Part shown: positions 13,110-29,949 of the stretch, piece by piece
How the letters are laid out: every line of letters begins with the position of its first letter
How positions within the stretch are numbered: position 1 is the stretch's first letter
NCBI RefSeq assembly: GCF_009914755.1
Contig: NC_060925.1
DNA: 64,000 nucleotides
From: the human T2T-CHM13v2.0 reference genome, Homo sapiens
Reading direction: 5' to 3' (one strand)
Made by a program: the position numbers and the translations under genes
The notes under the pieces: model-generated
What the model saw: only the letters and a program-made list of their open reading frames with translations
Database searches by the model: none
What the model was told of the DNA's origin: nothing

Positions 13110-15406
13110 TAATGCTCCAAGGTAACAGTATGTAGGTCAATAGATCTATCAAAGTGTAATTATTTCCACCCTCCTCTAAATTTTTGTTTCTTCTCCACCC
13201 ACTCTGCCTCACTCTCCTGCAAAAAACCCTTTTGTATCTTTCCCCACAGCTTCAGTACTTCCGGAAATTTTCTCCTACAAGACCCCTGACATAGGAGGCA
13301 GGAGACCAAGGTGCTGATTCTGACCTGTGCCTGCCTGGGAACACTTAGCCTGCCATTTCCATGCTTATGCAGAGAAGTTCCTATCTTGCCCCTGATCAGA
13401 AGCCACTATCATGACTCCCCGCATCACAGAAGTTTCTTCTCCTTAGTTTACCTGGAAGCTCTTCTCCAGGTTCCACCCTGGCTTTCCAACCCCCACATCC
13501 TGCCCTTGCCACTGCCCTTCGCCCCCAGCATTCTGAGGCCCTGAATGGTCATCTCTTTGCTCATTCTTTTTCCCATGCCTGCGTGCCCTTCATCTCTTCT
13601 TTACCTTTGAAATCACAGCTCATCTGGCAAGCCTCGGCATAACACTCACTTTCTTCATGAAAATCCTCCCGTCCTGTTCTGACCACTCCCGCCTCTCGCT
13701 GCTTTGCTCATCGCTGGTTCTCCGGGTGGCCCTTGGTCCCTCATGAACACAGTGGGATGACACCTTCTCCTGGCATCATAGAGAGATATGCCCAGGTGCT
13801 CCCATACAGCACGGGCTCAGCAAAGGGATTCCCTCTTACTCCATCCTGTAATTATGCCGAGCATACTGCACAGAAAATAATTGGTGCTCAAATGCTATTT
13901 GCTGAAAGAAAGAAAAAGAGAGAGAGAATAGATGGATCATACCTTTTTTGCTAAGAAATTTAAAATGGAAAATTTGAGACATGAGATTTTAGTCCAGATT
14001 AAGGCCAGTATTCTTTAAGGAAACTGGTAACCAACAAACACAACTTTAAAGTTGAAAAAACAGGCTGGGTGCGATCGCTCAACACTTGTAATCCCAGACC
14101 TTTGGGAGGTTGAGTCTGGAGGATTGCTTGAGTCCAGGAGATTGAGACCAGCCTGGGCAACATACTGAGACCCCATCTCTACAAAAAATTTAAAAATTGG
14201 CCATGCATAGTGGCATGCACCTGTGGTCCCAGCAACTCAGGAGGCTGAGGCAAGAGGATACTTTGAGCCCAGGAGGCAGAGGTTGCAGTGAGCCAAGATC
14301 GTACCACTGCACTCTAGGCTGGATGACAGAGCGAGACCCTGTCTCAAAAAAAAAAAAAAAAAAGAAAAAGGAAAAAAATACAGACAGTGAAGAAGGTAAG
14401 AAGTGTCTCTCTTATTCTGACACCTAACCCCTGGTCAGCTTCCCCAAAGCAGCGCTCTATCTTGTATGCACTTCCAGGACAGTCTAAGCTTGCCAAAGCC
14501 CAGGTGTGTGATAACACTGTGTATGCAGGAACATTGTTCCCCTGTACCCTGATTTCACCTGGGGACACATCTTCAACCACCTCCCTTCCCTCGGAGATGC
14601 AGTTCTCCTGACCTCACAGGATTCCCTTGGCCTTTCTTTAGGATCACCCTGTTCTAGATGGAAAATGTTAAAGACTCGGATCGTGTCTTCTAGGCTGTGG
14701 GTACTAAGTCCATGAAGCAGAGGGAGCGTTCTCACCAGCCCAGGGAAGAGGATCCGTGGGGGCTGTGGTATTGATAATGAGGGTCATTACCCTGTTCCCT
14801 AATCTCCAGAGTGTGGCTGATAAGCAGGGAGGGAGGATTTGCACATTCTGACAGATAATTGGAAAGGTGGGCCAAGTAAACAAAATTCAGAATAATGAAT
14901 ATGGAGTCATTTGGGAATCCCCGGGATAAGCCCTGTCCTGCTGGGGTAGATCCTCTTCTCCAAACCTGCAGCATTTCATCAACAGCTCAGCCCTGCAGCT
15001 GTCGTGGAGAGGAAACGAGCTTTTGCCATCCACACTTGTGAGAAGCTACTGGCGTATTTGACCCCCTTCCTGCATGTTCATTAGGGAATGTGACACTCCA
15101 GCCACCAAGCGGCCCTGACACCTCCTAGAAACACTTTTTGCTTCCTCTGCAATGCAACGCTAAGCTATCCCTTCAGCATTTGGCCTGCCTCTTGGTTTTG
15201 GAGCCCTGAGAGGTTCCTGGTGGGAGCTGATGAGTTTTCCAAAGAACCTTTTGGGTGGGTAGGGGTGTATGTGTGTGTGCACGTGTGGTGTATGTAATTA
15301 AAGACATGTCTTGGTACAAAATCAAATAGCACAGAAGAGTCTACAGTGAAAAGCAGTAAGCAATAATCTCCACTCCACCCTTCCCCACTCCAGCGGTCAG
15401 TTCTGA

Positions 15407-15695
<289 letters not shown>

Positions 15696-16360
15696 TGATC
15701 CGCCCACCTTGGCCTCCGAAAGTGTTGGGGTTACAGACTTGAGCCACTGCGTGTGGCAATTTTTTTTTTTTTTTTTTTTTTTTGAGACACAGTCTTGCTC
15801 TGTTGCGTAGGCTGGAGTGCAGTGGTGCGATTTCGGCTCACTGCAACCTCCACCTCCAAGTTCAAGCGATTCTTGTACCTCAGCCTCCCAAGAAGCTGGG
15901 ATTATAGGTGCGAGTCACCACGCCGGGCTAATTTTTTGTATTTTTAGTAGAGACAGGGTTTCACCATGTTGCCCAGGCTGGTCTTGAACTCCTGGCCTCA
16001 AGTGCCTCCTGGCCTCAACTCCTGCCCGCCTCAGCCTCCCAAAGTGCTGGGATTACAGGCATGAGCCACCGCGCCCAGCCTTTTTTTTTCTTTTTAGCTT
16101 CATTCTTTTATCCATTTAACAAACATTTACGGAAGGTCTGAACCAGCCGTACACGGTGCTACGCGCTTTAAATGGCTTTGCTTTTCCCTGAAACCAAGAG
16201 GCAGAGAGGAATGGAAGGGCTGGTTGAGGGAAGAGAAGCAGAGCAGGAAGTCAGGCTGGTCAAGGCTGGGTCAGGAGACCCCATCTGCAGGAACCTGCTC
16301 CTGCACAGAGGCCGGGCTGCTCATCCCGACTGGATGCTTCTGTCCACCCATAACGCCCAC

Positions 16361-16542
16361 TCGACGGGCAGTTTCAACACTGTGCTGCTGGGAAGAGGGC
16401 TTTCAAATTTGGCTGGGAGTTGGAAGAAGCTAAAAGGGGAGAGGGTCCCAGAGCAACCCCCCCACCACAATGAGAGGAGCTGGGAGCAGAGCCCCTGGAC
16501 CTTAGGAGATGCACCATGAGCTCCCCGGGCTCCCACTGATCT
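16361..16542 (+). repeat. Donor copy of 182-bp local duplication
   Basis: Identical to 18520-18701 except for 3 substitutions. Confidence 0.95.
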
Positions 16543-17283
16543 TTTGAATACTGAACTAGAGAAGGTAGAATGACCAGGTCCATGTGTAAGACCTGCAAAG
16601 ACCTTAAGCCCTGAACACCACTAGGCTGTGAACTCTGCCCTCCAAGGCTGACAGTGAAGGGCCCGCTAGGTTGGTCTTCAGGGCAGCAAGAAGGAGGAGT
16701 CAGGAGGTGGCATCCACACACTACCTCCATACCCAGAAGTGGGGAGGGGAGACCTAGAGGCACAGAAGGCAAAAGTAGCTTGAAAATGGCAGACAAGAGG
16801 GCTGGCAGGGGACAACAGGCTTTGCCACCAGCATCTACGCAGCCCACTGGCCTGAGGGGCTCCTTTTTGTGGGGGGACTCTGGGGAGGTGGTCCTGAAAG
16901 AAAGAGCTGTGGAATCAGGCCAGGGGCTCCGGCCTCTTCTGCCTAGGCGGAGCAGCAACAGGCTCAGCAGCGTCCCAGCCCCCTGCTTAGCTCCTCCCCC
17001 TAGGTCCCCTGCTGGGCACAGGGCAGGACAGACAGAGGCAGGGAAGTAGAGGGAAAGGGCGAGCGGGCAGATGGAAGTGCAGGGAAATGTTGCGACTTCC
17101 ATCCGTCTTTTAAAAAATGACACACAGGAGTCCGTGTTTAAGGAACTCTAAGGTGGTGCCAAGAGACAGAAATGTTTCTGGGCCAGAAAATAGGAAGTTA
17201 GTGGCAGGTCCCCAAAAAGAAAAGGCACTCCAACTGTCAAAAGGAAGCAAGTCAGGAATACTTTTTTTAATTTTTATTTTTAG

Positions 17284-17394
<111 letters not shown>

Positions 17395-18230
17395 TAGGAC
17401 TATAGGCACACACCACCACTCCTGGCTAATTTTTGTGTTTTTTTTTTTTTTTTTGTAGACACAAGGTTTCACCATGTTGCCCAGGCTAGCCTTGAACTCT
17501 AAGTTAGGATTCTTAACTTGGACAATATCTACTGGCTCCCTGTTGTGAAAGACAAGAATTTAGCTCCTTCCCCCTTTGGCATTTCATTCCCTACCCCCCA
17601 CCAATTGTAATAAGTGCACTGGTAATTTCAGTTCTTTTTGTTAATTTTGCACATTTAAACAATACACTAAAACCTCTATTTCCTGCTCCCCAAGCTTTAG
17701 GGAATGTCTCAGTGTTTCACCAGGTAAAGCCAGGCAATGAGGCACCCCTCATCTACCACCTCTACCAGCTACATCCTTACCTGTGTGTGCTCAGGTCTGA
17801 CAACCTTTACATTCTGTTCAGTCCTTTGTTTACAAATTGATTTTAAATGCTGAAAACACCAATTAATAACATTATATAATTTTTAGATTAAGCAAATAAA
17901 TTTCACCGTAGAAGATTTAAACAATCCTGATACTGCCGGGCACTGTGGCTCACGCCTGTAATCCCAGCACTTTGGGAGGCCGAGGTGGGTGGATCACCTG
18001 AGGTCAGGAGTTAGAGACCAGCCTGGCCAACATGGTGAAATCCTGTTTCTACTAAAAATACAAAAATTAGCTGGGTGTGGTGGCGGTTGCCTGTAATCCC
18101 TGCTACTCGGGAGGCTGAGAGGAGGTGGAGGTTTCAGTGAGCCAAGATCGTGCCACTTGTACTCCAGCCTGGGTGACAGAGCGAGACTCTGCCTCAATAA
18201 TTAAATAAATAAATACATAAATAAAAATAA

Positions 18231-18491
<261 letters not shown>

Positions 18492-18519
18492 TAGAGATGT
18501 TTCAACATCTCTACAACTG

Positions 18520-18701
18520 TCGACGGGCAGTTTCAACACTGTGCTGCTGGGAAGAGGGCTTTCAAATTTGGCTGGGAGTTGGAAAAAGCTAAAAGGGGAG
18601 AGGGTCCCAGAGCAACCCCCCCACCACAATGAGAGGAGCTTGGAGCAGAGCCCCTGGACCTTAGGAGAAGCACCATGAGCTCCCCGGGCTCCCACTGATC
18701 T
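18520..18701 (+). repeat. 182-bp templated insertion (copy of 16361-16542) interrupting an antisense Alu
   Basis: The Alu sequence stops at ...GTAGAGATG and resumes at CCATGTTGCCCAGGCT immediately after the copy. Confidence 0.95.
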
Positions 18702-19277
18702 CCATGTTGCCCAGGCTCGTCTCAAACTCCTGGGCTCAAGTGATCCTCTTGTCTCAGCCTCCCAAAATGCTAAGATTATAGATATGAGCCATCATGCCCA
18801 GCCTCTGAAAACTCTTGCAAGGTAATTAATCATTGCTATCATTCTGGTATGCATCCTTTGAGACATTTTTTCTATTAATTTGTACTTATATATACATACA
18901 AAATATATATTTTGCATTCTTTTCTCTTTCACATAATTGGGATCAAACTGCACATAACTCCATGCAACTTGCTTTTCTCACTTAACAGATGTCTTAGAGA
19001 TATTTCCATGGTGGCCCACCAAGTTCAATTCCATTCTTTTCACTGCTGAATACTATGTCAAGGTGGAGAAGCATTCCTTTGGCTTGAGCCCGGGAGTTCA
19101 AGACCAGCCTGGGCAACACAGTGAGACTCTTAAACTGTCTTAAAAATTAGAAGCATTCGCCTGATGGACTTTTAGATTTTTTCCATGTTACAAACAATGC
19201 TGCAATGAAAATTCTTGAGCATTCCTCTTTGTGCACCTGTAGGTGGGTATTTCTCTAAGGTAGATACTGAGAACTAG

Positions 19278-19631
<354 letters not shown>

Positions 19632-20864
19632 TGACTCGCCCGCCTTGGCTTCCCAAAGTGCTGGGATTAAAGGCGTGAGCCACCGCGCCCAGCCTGAAGT
19701 CCTTTAACTGTGGGAAATCTCTGCCTTTTCTGTCTTCTTTTAATACTATCTCATCCTACCAACCCTCTTCATCTCCTCTCCATGATCTCTGTTCTCTAGA
19801 TCTAGAACTGATGGAATATCTACATTTCACCTTTCCTTTGTTTTTCTCTGCCCTTGGCCTCACATTCTGAAATATCATATCTTTATAGTTTATCCCTTCT
19901 CTTGCTGTTTTTTAAACAAAGTTTTTATTTTAGAATAATTTCATATTGATAGAAAAATTGCAAAGATGGTACAGATAGTTCCCATATATCCCACATAAGT
20001 TTACTCTATTATTAACATTTACATTAGTATGGTACCTTTGTTATAATCATTGAAGCAATATTGATACAAAATCCACACTTTACCCAGATTGTCTTAGCTT
20101 TCACCTAATGTCCACTTTTTGTTCCAGGATCCCACTCATCACACTATATTACATGTCGTTGTCTTGTCTCCTCTTGGCTGTGACATTTGGGTTTTTATTT
20201 TCACAAGTAATATTAAAATGTCCAAAGCTCCTTTTTTATTATGGAATCATTCTGAGAATATGAATTATAATCTTAAAGTATTTTATGTTCCCCCCAAGTA
20301 TTTGCTTGCTCTACAGTCAGTTCTTCAAAGGGGACCAACCTAAGCCATCATCTATTACCATAGAGAAAGTAGAGCTGGGAGTCGTCATGATGAACACTTG
20401 TTCTTGGACAAAGACTCCCATTGGGCAGCTCTCCCATTGTGAATTTCAGCCATGTGCTGACTGCAATGGACAGGAGCATAGGCATCGAGGCCTTATCCAC
20501 TGGGAGGTCCACGGGGGCTGTGAGCACAAGAGGCCACCTTGGACATCACCCAGATCCCTTCTCAATCTGGGTGATGGGCAGCTTCTGGGCTTCCCTAGGG
20601 GTACTGACCTCAGGGCTGGGTAGCCCCTTCCTTCTGTCCTGAGGAAGCCTCCCCTAAACAAAGGAGCACCCACCTGTGCCCAGAGCCTGGAGAAACCTCT
20701 GAGGTATGCAGATTGGGGGACTGTATGTAGGAGCCCAAACTTTACCAAAACACCTGTAGAGTCTGTGAGAAAGGAAGACTCCAGCTAGGTGGATGGGATG
20801 ACCTCTGCAAGGCAGTCTGGAGACCGTCTGGAGGCCATGGGGATGGCAGCTCTCACTGGTGTGA

Positions 20865-21014
<150 letters not shown>

Positions 21015-21959
21015 TGAGTAGCTAGGATTACAGGCGCATGCCACCGCGCCCGGCTAATTTTTGTATTTTTAGTGGTCAGGCTGGTCTCGAACTCCTGACC
21101 TCGTGATCCACCCGCCTCAGCCTCCCAAAGTGCTGAGATTACAGGCATGAGCCACCACACCTGGCCACTGAGCCACCTTTTCTAAAAATTGGTATGAAAT
21201 AGATAACGTATATATGGTCACCTTAAACAGGTCGCTCATGTTCTCTCCTCAGTTAAGGACCATGGAGCAAAGGCTCGAGGCTGGTCTGACACTCGTTGGG
21301 AGGGTAGCAGGGGTCCGATTGTTTGCATTGTCCCAGCATGAGGAACCACCAGTCTGGCTGAGCCCTGCCCCTCAGACCCACCATGGCTTGGTTTACATGT
21401 TTCTGTGTAGCAAGCCAAGGAGGTCTTGGTTGAACCTAGCGGTCATTAGAGGTATGGGAGTGGGGGACCATATCAGCAGTTTCCACTTTATTCTGAAGAC
21501 AGTGGGATTTCTGAGACTGTCATGGTTTGAAAAGCTCGCTCATCAGCCTTGTGGGGAATGGAGGAAAGGAGGCCAGGAGGAGTGGCCTCTGTGGTCACAC
21601 AGAAGAAAAATTGTGGGACCTGAATCATGGCAGTAGCAAATGGGATAAAGCCACTAGCCATCCAGGAGGTGAGTCTATGGTGACCAAGGACCGAGTAGAT
21701 GTGGCAGAGGAGACTCCCAGCCTGTAAGAGGAGGCGGGTCCAGATTTCAAGGGAGAAGACATCAGGTTCTGTCTGAGTGATGAGGAGCCTGTGGGAAATC
21801 TGGGAGGAGAAGTTACGGAACCATGACCCTGGGCAACATCAGCATAGCATGTAGGTGGTACCTGGAGCCATGGGGGGAAGAGGCCATCATCAGATGATAT
21901 AGGAGAAGGACACTTATGAAGCCCTTTGGAGACATCCACCAGAACCTCTCCAGAGAAAG

Positions 21960-22260
21960 ATTGTTGTGTAACAAATTATCTTGACTCGGTGGCTTAAACA
22001 CCAAGCATTTATTGTCTCACCATTCCTATGGATGAAGAATCTAGAAACAGTTTAGCTGCATGGTTCTGGCTCGGGGTTTCCCATGAGGTTGCCATGAAGA
22101 TGTCGGCTAGGGCTGCAGTCGGCTGAAGGCTTACCTGGGGCCCGAGGATCCACCTGCAGGATTCACTCACATGGCTGTTGGCTGAAGGCTTCAGCTCCTC
22201 TTTGGCTCTTTGCAGAAGGCATCAGGTCCTCCCTGAGTGGACCTCTCCATGGGTCTTCAG
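21960..22260 (-). mobile_element. MLT1-family (ERVL-MaLR) LTR fragment
   Basis: TAACAAATTA...GGTGGCTTAAACA...CATTTATT..CTCAC...GGTTCTGGCTC.GGGT..CATGAGGTTGC pattern. Confidence 0.7.
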
Positions 22261-22588
22261 AAGGCAGCTGCAGACCCACAACTTTTACTCAAGAGAGGAA
22301 GTCAGGGCTTAAAAGAGAAATCTGTGGATTGTCCAAATAGAAGTAATACTTGATGTCACAAAAACAAATGTCACAGAAAGAGAGAGACGGATTCTGACTT
22401 TATTTAAAAGTTGGGCCGGGCACGATGGCTCACACCTTTATTCCCAGCACTTTGGGAGGCCGAGGCAGGTAGATCACCTGAGGTCAGGAGTTCGAGACCA
22501 GCCTGGCCAACATGGCAAAACCCTGTCTCTACTAAAAATACAAAAATTAGCCTGGCATGGTGGCGTGTGCCTGTAATCCCATCTACTA

Positions 22589-22726
<138 letters not shown>

Positions 22727-24635
22727 TCACACTTGTAATCCCAGCACTTTAGGAGGCTGAGGTGGGGATTGCTTGAGCCCAGGAGTTCAAGACCAACCTT
22801 GGCAACATGGTGAAACCCCACCTCTACAAAAAATACAAAAACAATTAGCCAGACATGGTGGTGCACGCCTATAGTCCCAGTTACTTGGGAGGCTGAGGTG
22901 GGAGGATCACCTGAGCCTGGGGAGGTCGAGGCTGCAGTGAGCTGTGATTGCACCACTGTACTCCAGCCTGGGCAACAGAGTGAGACCCTGTCTCAAAAAA
23001 TATATATATATATTTTGATATTTTGCTCATTGTGATTTTTTGGTGTTAATTTTCACTTAAAAAATGTTAAATTAAAATATTGTTTATCATGATTACTCAA
23101 TTCTTTGGTGCCCTCTTAGATTTTGCATCCAAGGTGAGTATCCCACTGACCCCACCTGGGCCCAGTTCTAGGGAGAGTGGAGGGTCCCAGCTGGGGCCTG
23201 GGAGAATAGCAGGAAAGTGAGAAAACAAAGTCGAGAGAGGAAAGGGTTTCAGAAAGAAGGCATGGTCAATGAAGACACAGCAGCGGAGATGGGACCGTTC
23301 CTTCCTCTACCTTTGCCACGTCACTGTGGTTTTTTCTTAAATTTATCAAAGGTGGGAGGAGAATTTAGAACTTCCTAGAGTCCAGCCTCAGGCAGTGAGA
23401 GATATTTCCAGGCAGATCCCCAGGGAGCTTTGTGGCTTCGATGCCTGCCTCCCAGAGGTTGCAACACTATCTAAAGAGCAGAGCCCCCTCTAAGAAAATC
23501 ATTTTTGAGGAGGGGGAAAAAGTTAACCCTGAAGCTTCAAATGGTGTCACCTCTCTTCAGAAGGACCAAGAATGCGAGTGAACTGGGTACAGTGGCTCAC
23601 ATCTGTAATCACAGCACTTTTGGAGGCCATGGCAGGAGGATCCCTTGAGCCCAGGAGTTCAAGGTCAGCCTGGCCAACATAGTGAGACCTCATCTCTAAA
23701 AACAAAATAAGATAAAATAAAAAATAAAAGAATGGGAATGAACGAGGAACGCTGTGGCTCCCTGATCCCCGTTTAAGGCTCAGTGTGCAGCGTTTGCATC
23801 TACATCTACCCGGGCTGGGTCTCCTTGCTGTCACACATGTTCTATTTCTACCCTCAAAACAATGGAGGACTTTGGAAGGGAAACTGAGGCCAAAACGCAC
23901 AAACTAATTCATCCAAGGCCTTGCAGTGTGACTGCCATGTCAACAGGGTCAGGGTGTCCTGCTGGGATTTGAACCCACGCCCCCTGACCAGTCTAGGCTG
24001 CACCTTTGGCCCCTTAATCTAATGGGTAAACAATCTCCTAATCCTAGTAGATGGGCTACTTCTGGGCAGCAGGCTAATCCCATCCACAGTTCATTCATGC
24101 AATCCACATCTACTGAGCACCTATCCATCATCAGCCACCTCAGAGCTGGGGATACAAAGCCCGGGTCCCACCCTTGAGGAGCTCAGTGTTTAGTTAACAG
24201 GATGATAGTGGACAGGATACGAAGTGTGGCTGGGCCCAGGCCATGCTAATGTGGATTTCCATCAGCTTCCCACTGAGCAGCTGATTTCAGAATTTCCTTC
24301 TTTTGGGGTCAGAGGCCCTTCCACGTTGACTGAACGGATGCAGCCCTGCCACCGACTGAGCAGTGGGCCTGGAGAAGGCCCTGGCACAGGGACGCACAGG
24401 TATAATCCTGGGTATAATCCCTTCAGACCTGCCTCTACTCTTGCCTCATTGCAGGAGGGCTGAGCCACAGCCTTGCTTGCAAAGCAAGTGGCATTCTTGC
24501 CACCCTAAAGGACACTGGCCCCAGTTAACGTGACCTGGCTTTGAAAGACCATCAGTGAAATAAGACTGGGATGGCCTGGCACAGTGGCTCATGCCTGTAA
24601 TCTCAGCACTTTGGGAGGCCGAGGCGGGTGGATCA

Positions 24636-24854
<219 letters not shown>

Positions 24855-24857
24855 TCA

Positions 24858-25223
<366 letters not shown>

Positions 25224-25576
25224 TCATGTGCTGGCCAAGCCCACAGAGCCCTGAGCCACATTGCCCAGGCCGGAGCCCAGTTCACCACTCCAGAGTCAGG
25301 TGGTCTTGGGTACCCTCCTTGCCTTGGCTTCAACATCTGCAGAATGAGGAGGATAATAGAGTCTTTTTTCTAGGTTTTGTAAATCACTTGCTGTTTATTA
25401 GGCTCTAAACAGTTCCCAGAACATGGAAAACACTATGTAAATGCTTTAAAAAACAAAATAAATAAAAGAAGGGACCCGGGCACAGTGGCTTACACCTGTA
25501 ATCCCAGCACTTTGGGAGGATCGCTTGGGCTCAGAAGGTCAAGCAGCCTGGGTAACAAAGTGAGACCCTGTCTCTA

Positions 25577-25714
<138 letters not shown>

Positions 25715-25973
25715 CTAGGTGACGGAGCAAGACCCTGTGTCAAAAAATAATAAAAACAAAATAAAATAAGGAATCCAAGAGGCTCTTTGATCCCACTGCT
25801 TTCAGCAAGGATCCCATCATCCATGGAGTGTGGAAAGCCTCAGAACACAGCCTTGGCTGGCTGAGGTGGCTCACGCCTGTAATCCCAGCGCTTTGGGAGG
25901 CCGAAGCAGGCGGACCACGAGGTCAGGAGTTCGAGACCAGACTGGCCAACATGGTGAAACCCCATCTCTACTA

Positions 25974-26487
<514 letters not shown>

Positions 26488-27536
26488 CTAGGCACACTTA
26501 CAGGTGTCATCTTGTCGTGCAGTATCTTGATAATATGTGTCAAGAACCTTAAAAATATTGATCTCCTTGGCTGGGTGTGGTGGCTTACACCTCTAATCCC
26601 AGCACTTTGGGAGGCCGAGGTGGGCAGATCACTTGAGGCCAGGAATTCAAGACCAGCTTGGCCAACATGGCAAAACCCTGTCTCTACTAAAATACAAAAA
26701 TTAGGGAGACTGAGACAGGAGAATTACTTGAACCTGGGAGGCAGGGTTTGCAGTGAGCCGAGCTCGCGCTGCTATGCTCCAGCCTGGGCGACAGAGTGAG
26801 ACTCCGTCTCAAAAAATATATACGTACATATATTCATAGACTAGCGCCAGTAAGAACCTATCTGTGAATGTCCCAGGGAGATCATTTGAGATTCAGGCAA
26901 AGGTCAATATGCAAAGATTTTATACAATTTCAAAAAAATTAAGAAATGCAAATGCCTCACAAAACAAGAAAGGTCAAATGATGGTGCATACACAGAGAAA
27001 ACTGTTATATAGTCATTAAAAACCACATGTGGAAGAATTTTACATGCCATAAAGAAAGCTCATACTATGCAATGTCAAATCAAAAAGGAACACATATCAT
27101 CTTCACTCATAATATATGATTTCAGTCAATATACACAGAAAAGCAAACAAACAAGGATATTTACCAAAGTATTAACAATGACTATTACTGAGTTGAGGAC
27201 ATCTGGGTGATGTTCAGCTTCATCTTTATATTCTTTATATATTTTCCAGAATCTCTGAAAGCTTTTTTTTAAATAATCAGAAAAAAAGAATTTTTATTCT
27301 ATTTTATTTTTAATGCACAAACTCTGAAGTCTCGACAGATAAATTCTGCCAATAACCTACCTCACCTACCTACTTAGAAGCTTAGGCAAGTTATTTAACC
27401 ACTCGGACACTCCGTTTGATCAACCATGAGATGTGAGAACATCAACTCCATGAAGTGTGGGGATGGAGAATGAAGCAAGGCACCAGAACCTGTGGTCCAG
27501 ACCCCACCCGCCACATCCCCTAGAGGGGATGTCTAG

Positions 27537-27893
<357 letters not shown>

Positions 27894-29949
27894 TGATCCG
27901 CTCGGCTCGGTCCCCCAAAGTGCTGGGATTACAGGCGTGAGCCACAGCGCCTGGCCGGAATTTTTAGTTTCTGAAGGAAGTACTTCTTGGCTGTATAAGC
28001 TGTCTTCATAAACCCACACATTCAAAGAAATTTCCTTCTGAGCACGCCAGTGAAAGAGTATTCGTGAAAAAGGTCTTGCACACTAAAGTGGTCAAGCAAT
28101 GTCCAAGGGTGGGGGATAGTTACCGGGAAGAATTGTGTGAGGTCTCTCGGGGTTCCTGTCCCACCCCAGGCTGTAGCGGGGGAAGGAGGAAAGAAGACGA
28201 AAGGGAGGACTGGGGAAAACGGACTCAGAGGACCCACCCACCTGCAGCTGCCCAGGCTCCTGGGCAGTGCCCTCCAGGAAGCACAGAAGTAGGGGCTGGA
28301 GGCGGGCTTCGGTGGACCCCGAGCCCGGGCCGGCAGCCAGCAGGGGTCGCTGCAGACATGGGAATCACGGTGCTGACCGTGCCTCTGCAGCGCTGTCTTC
28401 AGGTGCTTTTGCTGAACGGTCATATCTTCTCTAAACCCAGGGGGTGCAGAGGGTCCTCCCAGACGAAGAAACCGAGGACAGAGAGGTCAAAGGACTTGCC
28501 CAGAGTCCCTAACTGGTTAATGGAAAAACTCCTGCTCTTCTAACTTAACGTCAAGCCGGAGGATTCAGGCAGCGACTATGAGACGCCCTGTAAGAGAGGA
28601 AGGGTTAGGGCAAGAGCTTATCAAATGTTTAAAAATTATATATTTTATAATAATTCGGCCAGGCACCGTGGCTCACACCTGTAATCCCAGCTCCTTGGGA
28701 GGCTGAGACGGGCGGATCACCTGAGCTCAGGAGTTCCAGACCAGCCTGGCCTGCCTCTCCTTTCTCTGTAGTAGAGAAACTCCGTCTCTACTAAAAATTC
28801 AAAAATTAGCTGGGTGTGGTGGGTGCCTGTATTCCCACCTGGAGGTGGAGGAACGAGAATCGCTTGAACCCGGGAGGCGGAGGTTGCAGTAGGCCGAGAT
28901 CGCGCCATTGCACTCCAATCTGGGCGACAAAGTGAGACTCTGCCTCAAAAATAATAATGGTAGTAATAATAATAATAAAATTAAAAATTAAAAAAAATCT
29001 TGAGCAATGAAATGAGTGTATTTGTTTCCCAGAATCCTCAGCAGTACAGGGAAGTTTCAAAATTAGCTTTCTTGTTTTGTTACCGGTATAACAGCTATAA
29101 TATGACTTCTCAGTATTGATTTAGGCTATTCTTATTTACAAAAACTTGGTAATTAAACTATATTAAATTTAAGAAGTCCTGTTCCTCAAAAGACACCAAT
29201 AAGAATGAAAATTCAAGCCAGAGTGTGGGAGAAGATATTCATAATTCATATACCCGACAAAGGACTTGAATCCAGAATATAGAAAAACTTGCTAAAAGTC
29301 AATAAGAGGCTGGGCGCAGTGGCTCACGCCTGTAATCCCAGCACTTTGGGAGGCCGAGGTGAGCGGATCACCTGAGGTCAGAAGTTCGAGACCAGCCTGA
29401 CCAATATGGTGAAACCCCATCTCTACTAGAAATACAAAAATTACGCAGGCATAGTCATGGGCCCCTGTAATCCCAGCTACTCAGGAGTCTGAGGTAGGAG
29501 AATCTCTTGAACCCAGGAGGCAGAGGTTGCAGTGAGCTGAGATCGCACTACTGCAACAGAGCGAGACTCCATCTCAAAAAAAAAAAGAAAAAAAGTCAAT
29601 AAGAAAAGGACAGTCAGACAATTCAATGAAAAAAATGGCAAAAAAAAAACCTCACAAAATGGGCAAAAGACTAGAATAGGCACATGGTAGAAGAGGATAT
29701 CCACGTGGCCAATCAACAGGAAAAAATGCTTGGCTTCATTAGTCATCAGGGAAATGCAAGTTAATACGTGATGTGGCCGGGCACGGTGGCTCATGCCTCT
29801 ATTCTCAGTGCTTTGGGAGGCTGAGGCGGGAGGATTGCTTGAGCCCTTCAAGACCAGCTTGGGCAACATAGTGAGATGAAATCTCTAATCACACACAAAC
29901 ACACACACTCCCACTGTAATAAATATATATATATATATATATATATAAA

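Noticed and set aside
16374-17123. 249-aa minus-strand ORF
   Set aside because: Low-complexity Pro/Leu/Ser composition, no homology I recognise and no exon structure.
23955-23990. tRNA-like B-box (GGGATTTGAACCC)
   Set aside because: Belongs to a MIR (tRNA-derived SINE) remnant; no cloverleaf.
28100-28600. GC/CpG-enriched patch with a 159-aa ORF, possible promoter
   Set aside because: Too short and lacking motifs to support a call from sequence alone; the ORF has no recognisable homology.
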